Positions 26,497-39,364 of a stretch of DNA of 64,000 bases are shown here, piece by piece. How positions within the stretch are numbered: position 1 is the stretch's first letter; every line of letters starts with the position of its first letter. The DNA lies in contig NC_043003.1 in the NCBI RefSeq assembly GCF_006345805.1, positions 5,084,001-5,148,000 of the forward strand. The letters are read 5' to 3'. A program made the position numbers and the translations under genes. This DNA is from Octopus sinensis. Its lineage: Eukaryota. The notes beneath the pieces are model-generated. The model did not search any database, was not told where the DNA came from, and saw only the letters and a list, made by a program, of their open reading frames with translations.

Positions 26497-26790
26497 CTTC
26501 TTAGCTAGCAAAATGTAATGCAGTTGGAGAAAGAAATGCATGATTATTGTTGAGTGAAAAAGATTGACATTACGAGCAAGAGTGGAAGAATTATGAGTCG
26601 AGGGTGGGGACGAAATAGACAAGAAAATGTGAGTGTTTTAGGTTGAAAGAGGGGAGAAAGGGACAGAGAAATAGGGAGAGAGAAAGGGAGATAGAAGTCT
26701 TAAGACCTGGGGATGTTTTACGAAGTCTTTAGACCCAGGTTTGTTTTATGAAAGTTTAAGTTTCATAAAACCGAATTAAACACTTATCAA

Positions 26791-26833
<43 letters not shown>

Positions 26834-26838
26834 AATGT

Positions 26839-26882
<44 letters not shown>

Positions 26883-27798
26883 AAGTGAGAGACAGATGGA
26901 CAGATAGAAAGACGGAGAGAGATGGGGAAATGGAGAGAAGTATGTGAAAGTAAATGAAAATGTTCGTAGTGAGGAAGATATTTTTCTGCTTATAAAATGA
27001 TTGATTGATTTTTCTGGTGTAATTTCGAAGTCAGATATTGAGTTCCCTCAAAGGATAAACAATCATTTTTGATACAATATTTCTCTGAATATTTATGGCC
27101 AGTTAAATTGTCATATTTTTGACAATATTAATTCCTAACATAAGCACGAAATACAAATATGAAATGATAACATCGGCGCTGGGGCATCAATTTGTGCGTT
27201 AAGAAAGATTTAGATAAGTGCAGTGTATTGCAGGCGAGGCATGTGTTCTACTTAAAGACTTCATGCAGAGATAAACGGAAAGTAAAACCTATTTTCTTGC
27301 TTGTTAAATGTTTTTCAACTAATTGGTAAAATATATTTTAGTAAAGAAAATCCTTTTCTAAAAAAAAAACAATTTAAATAGCATTTTTACAAATCATATA
27401 TTAACGACATTTATTCCTATGTGTATAAGAGAAAGAACCAAATGCATTGTGCCTTAAATTATTTCAATATTTTTCGTCATTCTTCCCTAAAATTGGTCTG
27501 TTGTATTTCTATTTTATTATTACTTAGGTTTGGAGGCCGTGGAATTTACGGGCCCTCTGAGAACAGGGAGATTGATGCAGTTTAATGTTTTGGTAATAAA
27601 TGCAGGAAATGCATGCATGGAGGGGATTTCAGGAGACCTAAAAGTATGACGAGGACGAAAGGGGTTTAGTGGTGAGGGCTACTCGGTGCTGTTCGACGCA
27701 ACGTGAATAAAGAAGAGAAAAGATGAAGTGACTGGAAATGCTTGAGAAGAAAAGGCATGGGTCAGCCAGCTTCAAGGATGAAAATACATTACAATAGC

Positions 27799-27830
<32 letters not shown>

Positions 27831-29208
27831 GGATGTGTCAACGGGAATTGCAGATGCTGCAGTACCACAGCACTAAATGTGAAATATTTCACCGTGGGCC
27901 CCACCTGAGCATTGCAACATTATATTAGTTGGTAACGAAGGACGTATTGTCTGTTTCAAAGATAAAGGACGGTTCTTGGGATGCAGGTTTTGCTATGTCA
28001 AGGATGGGCTATTGTCTGGAGAGGTCTTTAATATTTGTCGTACCTGTTAGCAAAATGGGACTTTTTGCTCTCTATCATCTGAACTTTACCTCGCATTGTG
28101 CACAGCGATGTATAACAACATCAGATAATCCGTGCGATCACATTATATATATACATAAGCACACATGATGTTTACAGTAGCGTACGTATGTATGCATATG
28201 TGTATGTACGTATATGTATTCATATACGTATGTATGTATTTATGTATATTTGTATATGTATGTATGTATATATGTGAATCTCAGTCTCATTCTGGGCGCA
28301 TGTAATGATTGTTGTAAAAAAGATTCAGAAAGAAGAGATAGGGAGAGAGGGGGGAAGGAGAGAGAGAGGGGAATGAGAGGGAGAGAGGAGGAGAGGGGAT
28401 AACCTTGTATAACGGGCCTGCCTTTCGTTCAGGAATTCCTATGGAATCGCAGAGAACCGATAGGAATTACAAGCTGAGCCAAAGCCAACGTCGAAAGAGA
28501 GAAATAAATAAAGAGATAAGTAGGTAGATAGATAAATCAACATTAAATAAACGGCTAACTTAATTTCAAATGAAATATTATTGAAGAGTGAAGCTATACG
28601 TGAGAGGAATTCGTGACTGCAAGTAGCGCAGTCCATTTGTTAGCAAACACATCATGGAGATGGGAAAGGAAGTATTGCTAATTAGACGTAAAATCGTTGG
28701 AATGCTCTCGAGATATGAGAAGTGAGAAAATCTTTTGTGACAAGCCATTGTAGAAGTGCGTGCTGAGACCTTCACCAGAGACTGAGAGATGTGAAACAGA
28801 TGGAATAAGTTAATGCGGCCTATGTTAAATTCCCACAAAGTAATAAAAGGAGAAATCTAATAAAATTACAAAATTAATCCTCATTAGAACAAATGCGTGT
28901 TCTTTTGAATAGAATAAAACCATTATGATGGCCGGAGCGTTGCTTAAATTGGTAGAAGCAGTTTCCAGTGCGATTAGAGTATTTTCATTAGTATTTAACC
29001 AGATAAAGATTATTTTAAAAAGATTTGGTATCACAATGGCGGGGAAACAAGCTGATATTAAGAGATTATGAAACCGATTCCATCAGAAGAGATTACTAAA
29101 ATTTAACCATAAATGATAAACTCTTTTATGTATTCCTTCGACTTCCATCTTCCAATGATTTTATCTACGTTTCTCTTTTTCTCGCTTCCATTGTATATGA
29201 GTGCAAAG

Positions 29209-29420
29209 TGGCGAGCTGGCAGAATCGTTAGCATACCAAGCAAAATGTTTAGCGGCATTTCGTCTGTCGTTACGTTCTGAGTTCAAATTCCGCCGTGGTC
29301 GACTTTGCCTTTCATCCATTCGGGGTCGATAAATTACGTGCCAGTTAAACACTGGGGTCGATGTAATCGACTAGTCCCACTCCCCACAATTTCAGGCCTT
29401 CTACCTATAGCAGAAAGCAT
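29209..29420 (+). mobile_element. SINE with Nin/Deu-like domain
   Basis: GGCGAGCTGGCAGAATCGTTAGC...GAGTTCAAATTCC...GCCTTTCATCCATTCGGGGTCGATAAA. Confidence 0.9.
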
Positions 29421-29595
29421 TATATATGAGTGTGCGTGCATCCATCCATCAAAGAATCCGCCACGGGCACACTTGTGCGTGCACATATCGATGCTTGTTT
29501 TATGTGATGTTATAAGCTATTACTTTAAACTGAAGGATTACTCAACACTTTTATTAGAATACAGATTTCTGAAAATAAACACATACATAAATATA

Positions 29596-29626
<31 letters not shown>

Positions 29627-30554
29627 AACAAACAGACAAATACACACACACGCATATACATACGCACAAATTTGGTGATGCAATCAACAAAGTAGGACTC
29701 AAAACATGAGTCTGTACATACCTTTATTATCAAACGAACGGCAGAAGTCACAGTTTCGTGCATTGGTACTTAACTATGTCAATGTACGAAACTCTCGGGC
29801 CTTGAGTCACTCTGTAACTTCTGTCGATTATCACTTATAAACTATATATACATACATGTATATATATATGCTTGCTTATGTGTGTATGCGGTTATAGGGA
29901 AGAAGGGATATACGGATATAGACTTAAAGAGAGGCAGTAAAATGTCAGACTATGCATGGATATATTTCGTTACGTCATAATTTTACATAAACCTCTTTCA
30001 CATAATTCCATTTCGTACTCATATAACCAGTAATACACTGGAGTCAATTTTCCTCCAATCGATTATATGATTGCATTTATATACAATATAATAGAGAGGC
30101 TTTGTTGTTATTTTATTTGTTGTTCACCCTCGGTCGATCTTAAATATTGCAGTTTGTGTCTTTTAAACCCCTGGTCAATCATTCATTAATAAAATCTACT
30201 CAAAAGTATTCCAGCCGTGACAGTCCTGTTTGCGTTGGCTATTCTAGAACAGTATTATACAAAGTACATTTTTTCGATTAAGGTAGTGTGTGTTTTGGAA
30301 GACTTAGTTGCTTTTACTAGCAGATCTGTTGACCACTTAGGCGTAGTTAAATTATGTCGTATCAGCTATGAATGTTGTTCGCGTTTCTTTACAGCTTTCG
30401 GTGGTTCCTGAGCAAGAATGCCTTTAATGAAAAGTATTCCAGCCATGGCTTTGTCATTTTTGTCATTTCATCAGCTTGACTTCCTTCACCAGGATGTTAG
30501 TATGTGGTTACGGATATATTTGGCTACAGTTTCTAGCATGCCAAGCAACCATGT

Positions 30555-30718
30555 TTATACATTATTTTCATTTGACGGATATTTGTCCTCATCTTGTTTG
30601 TTGTTAACACAACGTTTCGGCTGATATACCCTCCAGCCTTCATCAGGTGCCTTGGGGAAATTTCGAACATGGGATCTCAATCATAAGGTATTTTTCAATG
30701 TTTCATTATTATTATTAT
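30555..30718 (-). mobile_element. Hammerhead-bearing tail, family H
   Basis: Inverted copy of 31440-31600. Confidence 0.85.
30606..30651 (-). ncRNA. Minimal type I hammerhead, family H
   Basis: Minus strand: GGCAC CTGATGA A GGCTG-GAGGGTATAT-CAGCC GAAAC GTT GTGTT. Confidence 0.8.
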
Positions 30719-31274
30719 TGAGTGAGAGAGCAGTTCATGCCATCAAAGTGACACTGGGGTAAAATATACGAAGCCCAATATACCCATCATGACTACCCGT
30801 CTGATAAAGGTACATCAGGCACATGCATCACAACCATATGTGCGCGACATGGTGATCTCATATCAAGATAAACAGCACATGACCTTGCAGGTGGGGCCCA
30901 GTTAGAATTTTCTTCAGGTTGAGTAGCCATCCTGCTGCTTAAACGGTCCCTGAATAAGGGTTGCTTTAGGATGTTGAACGAAACACCTATGTTTCCAGAG
31001 GTGAACCATTCAAACTCCAAAGAATCCCTCTCAACACATGGATATGATGCTCCCCCACTACTTCTGCTCGTGATCAGAGATGCACATATCGTCAGCCACT
31101 AAGGGACATGCTCAACTGGTTAAGGCCAAACAACTGACAAGCAAATCTGTGGTATTGAGCAGAATATTTGCTGTAGCCCATCTTTTATACCAAGACAAAA
31201 CAATGTACATGATAACACTTCCAATCAGTTAAGATCAGAAGCCATGAGAGCCACTGCCTGGTACTGCATCAGGG

Positions 31275-31277
<3 letters not shown>
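30719..31277 (-). mobile_element. ~560-bp non-coding element inserted in (TAA)n
   Basis: Co-terminal second copy at 43316-43873; both are bounded by TAA-type repeats. Confidence 0.85.

Positions 31278-31353
<76 letters not shown>
31277..31353. repeat. (TTA)n microsatellite
   Basis: Direct reading. Confidence 0.97.
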
Positions 31354-31357
<4 letters not shown>

Positions 31358-31428
31358 TCACTGCCTGGAATCGAACTCGGAACTGTGGAGTGTGTTGCAC
31401 GCGCTCTTAACCACTAAGCCATATACCC
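31354..31428 (-). mobile_element. tRNA-derived Pol III head
   Basis: A box TGGCTTAGTGG (31421-31411) and B box GAGTTCGATTCC (31378-31367). Confidence 0.85.
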
Positions 31429-31439
31429 GTGGTCATATT

Positions 31440-31600
31440 TAATAATAACAATAACATCGAAAAATAGCTTAGGAATGAGAACCCAGGTTTGAAATTTCCC
31501 CCAAGACACCTGATGAAGGCTGGAGGGTATATCAGCCGAAACGATGTGTTAACAACAAACGAGAACAAATATCTGTCAAATGTAAATAATGTAAATAGGG
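31440..31600 (+). mobile_element. Family H tail, with hammerhead 31505-31550 (U16.1->A)
   Basis: GACAC CTGATGA A GGCTG..CAGCC GAAAC GAT GTGTT. Confidence 0.8.
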
Positions 31601-32363
31601 TAAATAACGTACCTAATTCCTCATTTCTTAAATTTAGAACCATGTTTATGTTTAATACAGTTCTTGGCAGGGATGTTTAGCCCTAAGTCAGCCCTAACTG
31701 AGAAAACAAGAATTAAAATGACGTGACGGCTCTGTAGAGCCATGGATCTTCCCATATACTGCATCTTGGACTCCATTATCTAAAGTGTTCCTTCGTTTCC
31801 AAGATATTAGGGTAAAAATTGCTCTTCCATCTTTCAGGCTGAATAAAATAACTGGGCGCAGCTGTTTAGGAGCTGGTGATAAGGCGCGGTTGGCTGAACA
31901 TTCAATCTGGTTTGGTGACAATATCTCTTAGCGCTGGAGGCAAACGTACACATACACACGCGCATGCAGAAATGTACTCATAGAGATAGAGGAGAGAGAA
32001 ATGTTAAACACACAGACAAACATTAACAGATACATACATAAACAGAGAGAGAGAGAGGGGGAGGTCGGAGAGGAGAGAAAGATAGACAGACAGAGAAGCA
32101 AACGAGAGAAAATTAAACGAGGGAAAACTATAAGACGTATTATATCAAATAATTTCGTATGGAATCAGTGACATAAAGCAAGTGGCACCAGAACGGCTCT
32201 GTCACAACACCTCATACCCATTTTCGGTGCATCCAAAGCAAGTTTCCACAGATAACAAATATACAGTGGTTGGCCACCTACCCCAGTATCCTGGCCAATA
32301 TACTCTATGGATCAAAAGAGTAAGAATTCTAATACGATGGTACCAAATAGTGGGACCCCCGGG

Positions 32364-32531
32364 CTGCGAGATAAGAGGCCGACCAAGAACCCGCTGGCTT
32401 GACACCATCAGGAGTGATACCGGAATGGACATGGCCAGTCTGAAGGAAGTGGCCCAGGATAGAACTGACTGGAGGACACTGATCCAACGAGTGACCGAGA
32501 GTCGACTTCGATTGAGCGGATAGAGAGAGAG
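32364..32531 (+). mobile_element. RTE-clade LINE 3' end with (AG)n tail
   Basis: RGRPRTRWLDTIRSDTGMDMASLKEVAQDRTDWRTLIQRVTESRLRLSG* is a typical RTE/BovB-like C-terminus. Confidence 0.85.
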
Positions 32532-33194
32532 GTTGACTTCATCTTTTACCCGAGGTGATTTTAGAGAAAAATCATCGCGTTATAAGAATTAGGAACGAGA
32601 GAGCGGATTAACATTTTATCCCCTCTTCTCCTGTATGAAATCCTTGAAAATGGCGGCTGAGGGCGCCACGTCATCTGACAAATATTTCAAAAGAAACAGA
32701 AGAACATGCTTAAGCGATAAATCAGAAAGTCTCTGGCCACCCGACATAAATATGCTGTAATTCGTAGGTCAGCTTTGTAAAGATGATAATTCAGTTTTTC
32801 TCTCAAAGCTTTGGTTAAGTTGCTGCCGTGTTCTCTTGTGGCACGCAAAGTTAATATAAACAACAAAAAAAAAGGTAGAGGAAAACGAGTAAATATTGTT
32901 AACCTTAATGGAGAATTTGCGAAGCACAAATTGAACGAGAAACAGACGTACGATTATCTAAACAGTATGGCGGAAATGACATGATCTAACAAATACCTCG
33001 TTCAATTGCTGGCTCTGTTCCATCGTTTGTCAATGGTGGACAAGAAGTTTGTTTAACACTGCTTCAACACTAATGCTCATGCTTTGTAAATAGCTGTCCA
33101 TGTCATTTGTAGAAGCGACTGAACAATACGCATGCGTGTGCCTGCGTGCGCGTGTATGGATGTATTATGTATGCATGTATGTAGACATATGTAC

Positions 33195-33218
33195 GTGTGC
33201 ATATATGTATAATATATA

Positions 33219-33268
<50 letters not shown>

Positions 33269-33317
33269 ATGTATATATATATATATATACATATATACAT
33301 ACATACATACATATATA

Positions 33318-33349
<32 letters not shown>

Positions 33350-33384
33350 CATATATACATACATACATACATATATATATATAC

Positions 33385-33415
<31 letters not shown>

Positions 33416-33455
33416 TACACATATATATATGTATATATATATATATATATATATA
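33195..33455. repeat. Compound (TA)/(TG)/(TACA) microsatellite with higher-order duplication
   Basis: A ~60-bp block repeats at 33255-33375. Confidence 0.9.
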
Positions 33456-33762
33456 AAGACAAAGAGAAAGAGGAGGAAAAGAGGGGTAGGGAAAGAGGAA
33501 AAGTGTGTGACATACGCCGAGAGTGAGACATACAAATGTGAGCGTATATGTGTGTGTGTGTGTGTGTGTGTGTATGGACTATGTATGTATACATATGTAT
33601 GTAAGTAAGCATGCATATGTATAGACAAATTGAAAGGGAGAAACATTGAGAGACAGCAAGAGTGCGTGTCATACGTCGAGAGTCAGACAAAATTATGTGA
33701 GCATATATTTGTCTGTGTGTGTTTGTATGGATAAATACACACACACATGTATATATATATAT

Positions 33763-33811
<49 letters not shown>

Positions 33812-34093
33812 CATATAAATTGATAGATAGATAGATATAGATAGATGAGAGATAGGCAAATATAGATAGATGAGAGATAGACAGATATAGATATATGGAG
33901 ATAGATAGATAGATAGAGTTTATATGCTCGCTAGATCGAAACCTACTCTAGCTTATCCCCAAAATTTAAACGAATTAAATAAATGATAATTCTCGGTCAT
34001 TTTTACTAATTGATTCCTTTATTTCATAATCGCTGCCAGTATTATTACTAAACTTACAAACCGCCATGCACACATACGCACTTACGCATGCAA

Positions 34094-34149
<56 letters not shown>

Positions 34150-34164
34150 ATGATAGATCGTTCA

Positions 34165-34324
34165 CCACTACACACTCTTTTCTCTCCTTGTTTTTTCTGT
34201 GTCCCTTTCTGTAGAAGAGCGTAGGCTCGAAACGTAAAAGAATTTTCTATTCCTGAGCGTTATACTAATACATCTGTTTGTTTTGTAGACCACCTGTCTC
34301 GTCTTTTGTTTTTTTCGTAAACTC

Positions 34325-34328
<4 letters not shown>
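34165..34328 (+). mobile_element. Family E repeat (hammerhead motif 34205-34240)
   Basis: CTTT CTGTAGA A GAGC-GTAG-GCTC GAAAC GTA AAAG; only A6->T departs from the core. Confidence 0.8.
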
Positions 34329-34370
<42 letters not shown>

Positions 34371-34481
34371 ACACACACACACATATATACATATATATAT
34401 GTAAATGGACACAAACATACGTACATATATATAGAGAGAGAGACATGCATCACATATAGAGCGTATACATACATACACATA

Positions 34482-34761
34482 TAGTGGCGGACAGGGTCTA
34501 AAAATATTGGAGACTAAGTGGGCCCACCCGCAACTAGTATGCCATCATTTAATTTTTTTTTTCTGTTAAAAGTATTCTTTTTAGCTGTCTACAAACACAG
34601 CCAGGCTGAATTAATGCGTTCTTCCAGGCGTGAATAAAAAATTCTCAAACTTGAGGGGATGGACCCCTTAAATACTAACATTAACCCCCATATATGGATT
34701 CTAACGGCGCAGTGGCCCACTTGCCATTGGGCAAGCTAGCAACCTGGCCAGTCCGCCACTG
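34482..34761. mobile_element. hAT-like MITE
   Basis: TIRs TAGTGGCGGACAGG / CCAGTCCGCCACTG; 8-bp flanks TACACATA and CACACATA (7/8 match) as a probable TSD. Confidence 0.75.
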
Positions 34762-35376
34762 CACACATATATTCCTTCACTCACATACGCAAACATATGT
34801 GTGTGCATACGTGTGTGAGTTTGTATATTTGTGTGTTTGAGAGAACAAGCATGGCTTTTCTTCGACCAGTGTTACGATGGAAGCTTAGAAACTTGTGGCT
34901 GTCATTACATCTTGTTACTTTCTGATTTTCCTCCAGCATGGCACCCACCACCTCCATTTCCTGAGCCTGACGCTCATAACGGTGATGCCATCCATGTCCC
35001 AATTGAATGACCCCTAATGCTTTTTAACCTCCTCAGAGAAGGATGTGGCGCCATATTGAAGAAAGAAGTGTGCCACCAAGCTTGTTTGACCAATAAAGTA
35101 ATGCTAGATGGTTTGAGTACATGATAATTTAGTGGTAGAACCACCGAACAGATGGCGCTGAACACTAATGACCCAACCACTGAGTAGGAGGTAGGCAAAA
35201 AGTTGTATGATGTAGGACAACTGCCAGATGGCGAGGCCCATAACTGTTCGATGTTTTAGAAGGATCAAAATTTGATCGCAGCTCCGCCGAACTACGATCT
35301 TTCGTTCTCCTCCCACCTCTCTCTATCTATTTCTCTCTCTCTCTCCTTTTATATACATCGATACATACATACATTC

Positions 35377-35411
<35 letters not shown>

Positions 35412-35888
35412 ATGTGCGTGTGTATGTGTGTGTGTATATACATCTACATATGTATACACATACATATATATACATATGTGTGCTTTTATGTTTGTGTGTG
35501 TATGTATGTATGTATGTATGTATGCATTTATGAATGTATGTTTACAGGCAATGATAATAACGATAGCGATACCAATTCCGAATGTATATTATACCAGTGC
35601 AACATTAAAACGTGTGTGAAATAATGAAGAATGGCGTGCCTTGAAATTATTATCAGCAGGAAGCGAGGATATGCAGCCAATTTGATTCGATTAACCCTTA
35701 GAAAGTCTTGGAATTGTAAAGAAGGACAGCTGTAGAGTTGCAGATATCGGAATCACTAGTTTAGTACTTCCACCTTTAGAAATTCTGTTTATCTTATTTA
35801 ATATAACTTAAACAGAGCTTTGGAACACAACTGTATTCTCTCTGTTTAAAATTCCACTCAAATGTCTACATCTCCTGTTCAACGGTGG

Positions 35889-35930
<42 letters not shown>

Positions 35931-36020
35931 ATCTATCTATCTATCTATCTAGCTGTGTGTGTCTATAATGACTGTCTGCCCTTCTCATTCACTAATCCTC
36001 TTTCCTTCTCTCTCTCTCTC

Positions 36021-36067
<47 letters not shown>

Positions 36068-36204
36068 TATATATATATGTATATATAATATATAAACCAG
36101 CTTAGAGAAGAAACGAAACGAAACGAAACGAATCGAATCGAATCGACGCGAGGGCGATCAGTCATACAATAGTGTAATATATAGATATATATATATATAT
36201 ATAT

Positions 36205-36608
36205 AAGTTCAGCAAAATTTAGATTCAGATGAATATGGTACTTAAGTTAAAGGCACAAGAATTTTGTATGGTATTATCCATATAAATCAAATGGGGTGAT
36301 TATAATAAAAAGAAGCAACAAGGATATCGAAGGTAGTGTAGTACAATCGTTTCATGCTACTTCATTTTATTAAACACTGTAAGTATTACATCAGTTTTAA
36401 AATGTCGAGCAATCTTCAGCCACATATAGAATTTTCCAGTTAAACGGACAATGCACATTCTTATCCCTATTTTATTTGCCAACATTATATATATATACTT
36501 ATACTTATTTCATATAAATCTAAGAATGTGCATTGTCCGTTTAATTAAAAAAATTCTATATGTGGCTGAAGATTGCTCGACATTTTAAAACTGATGTAAT
36601 ACTTACAG
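36205..36608. mobile_element. Family A full copy (-, 36205-36486) plus inverted partial copy (+, 36520-36608); hammerhead 36337-36424 (-)
   Basis: Minus strand: TGTGG CTGAAGA TTGCT..AGCAT GAAAC GATT GTA CTACA; embedded in (TA)n. Confidence 0.85.
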
Positions 36609-36618
36609 GATATATATT

Positions 36619-36667
<49 letters not shown>

Positions 36668-38196
36668 TATATATATAAATGTATGTGTGTGTGTCTGTCT
36701 GTGTGCGTGCGTATGCTTGGGTTATAATCAAAATACTACAAAAGCAGTTGTAACTTATTAGCAGGTGTAGGTCGCTTGGATTACTGAGGCTGGTGATGTA
36801 ACTCTCTTCTGTATGAAGAGTGAGGAAGCTCTGAACATCCTAGTTTGCCGATTCTCTCATTTGTTGCTAAGGATGCGGCCACACATTGCGTTGGTGAATT
36901 TGAATCGTGTCCCGTTCCGTGTCTTCCACCAGACTCTCTCAGATTGTTAACCTTTTTTTTTTTATTGTTTACCGTACAACATCATTCCAGAAATTCAAGG
37001 TGAATATTATCCTTGCCATCTCCCAAAACTGTCACAATATTTTCCTGCGTCACTCACTGCTTCTCGAGCATGTTAGACCTATTAAAGCAGCCAGCAATGC
37101 TGATGGCGGATTCCTTGAATAGGTGTGTGATAAAAGGATTCTCTATATGTACCTCTCTATGCGCGACTATGTGCTTATCTGTCTCTTTCTCCATGTCTCT
37201 AGCTACAAAACTGTGTAGATACATCCTCGTAGATATCCTTCATTAAATCAAAACAATTATCTCCTTAACTAAATCTTCCACCAACTCTTTCACTCTCTTT
37301 CTATATACATTCATAGATACAAAAGTACATAAATACATACATGTGTGTATGTGTTATATATGTATTGATGCGCGTGTATGTTCATGTGTGTGAGTATGTG
37401 TCTGTGTGCGTGGGAGGTGTATGTGCGTGAGTGTGTGTATTGTGTGCATCTCAGTATAATTAATTCGGCTCCACTTTGCGATGTATTTAGTATATCGGTT
37501 TATCACTTTTATATTTCCCCTGTGATTAGAAATGAATAAAGGAGAATTATTATATGTTGATATATCACTTCACAAAGATCTACAATCAAGACATATGTCA
37601 AGCAAGCACAAGGAATTTCATCATCATCATCATCATCATCATCAACTACTGCTCTCTTCCTCCTTCTTCTCCTTCCTTCCCTCCTCTCCTCCTTATTATT
37701 ATTATTATTATGTTCTTAAATTGTCAGATGTATATCATCTCGCTATTCCGTTTTGTGGATTTTACACGGTATCTACGCAGAAATTTTAAATATAATACGT
37801 ACTAATATAATTGTATTCACTCAATGTTCCTTATAAAAAAGAGAATTTAAAAGGAATTTAAGAAAAAAACAAGAAAATCTAAGAAAAAATAAAACTAATT
37901 TCAGTATTTAAAGACGTCACCAAAAAAAAAAAAATTTTAATGGGGGGGAAAAACACGTAGTTCTGTTTTAAAGAACGTATTTAGTACGAAAAGACAGCGA
38001 TTATTTTCCAACACTCATTTTTTTTTCACATTTTCTACCTCAAAACAACGAACCCTCTGTAGAGATTTCCAGGCAGGAAAAAGAAACAACATTTTTTGAC
38101 AGGATCAATGAAGTTTTGGTCGAAGAGGAAGATCTGTTTCCTCAATACTTACAGTCTCGCCCATGATAGAAACTATGTCGGCCACAACTACTAGAT

Positions 38197-39196
38197 AACC
38201 CTTCCTACGACAGGCACAAAGGCTGAATTTCGACATGGGAGGGAGCAGTCGATTACATCGACCCCAGTATTCAACTGGTACTTATTTCAACGACTCCGAA
38301 AGGATGAAAGGCAAAGTTGACCTCGGTTGAATTAAGGACAGACGAAATGCCGCTAAGATGTTTGCTTGTCCTTACGTCCTTTATGCTGTCACTTCAACCA
38401 CATGAGAAAATTTAGATACGTCTCCCTTCTATGAACATTATTTCAACTGAATATCCGCACATATATTTTTATGTGTTTTTTGTTTGTATTTCCCGTAAAT
38501 ATATGCCCGATATTTCTTTAGAATTACTTCCGAGTATAGAGGATAAATTGGTTTAAGAGAATGATTAAAGCGGATTAAGAATGTAACGGTTATCCTATTG
38601 TGGCACTTTGCAGGCAATAATTGTAGCTTTTGTTTCACATTAGACATTTTGGGATTTTAGAGAGCAAGGAATATATTTAGCATTAAATATATTGTTATAT
38701 TTAATCTATTCGTCGACGACAAATATTTCTGTCTTGTTTAAACATTTATCTCATCTAACACCTGTTTATCCCAGTTCTGTACGGTTCTGTCAACGACCCC
38801 ATCTGAGGGAAATGTTTATGCGATAAGATTCTTCTTTCCAAAACTCCTGTTCCCCCACCTCAGTCAGGTTCCTATTCACGCATTCCACCAAAGTTTGTGG
38901 TTCACTCCTGCTCAATCGAAGATCACTCTTCATTCCAGATCAGCAACCCTTCCTACGACAGGCACAAAGGATGAAGTTTGGGATGGGAGGGAGCAGTCGA
39001 TTACCTCGACCCCAGGTACTCAACGACACCGAAAGGATGAAAGGCAATGTTGACCTCGGTTGAATTTAAGGCAGACGAAATGCCGCTAAGCTTTTTGCCT
39101 GTCCTTACGTCCTTTACGCTGTCACTTCTACCACATGAGAAAATTTAGACACGTCTCCCTTCTATGAACATTATTTCAACTGAATATCCGCACATA
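38197..39196. repeat. Local ~260-bp direct duplication (38197-38463 and 38946-39196), each copy a SINE fragment plus flank
   Basis: Shared non-SINE flank CCACATGAGAAAATTTAGA..TGAATATCCGCACATA. Confidence 0.9.
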
Positions 39197-39364
39197 AATC
39201 CGGTATCCCTGACCTTCCTTCATCGCCCTTTAGGGGGCTCTCCTCCTAACGGGATGTCTGTTATATATTCTTCAGTAACAGTTGTAATAGAAAGTAAATC
39301 GGTTTTAAAATGTCTACTTGAACTTTGACTTCCTGGTTAGAAAAAAAAATTAATATAATTAATA

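Noticed and set aside
31354-31428. tRNA gene (also heads at 6290-6361, 7300-7374, 41650-41720)
   Set aside because: No intact cloverleaf or acceptor stem, and each continues into a repeat body; these are SINE heads.
34840-35260. Non-repetitive, coding-like stretch (also 21490-21700, 36780-37130)
   Set aside because: No frame gave a recognisable motif; may be old TE debris.
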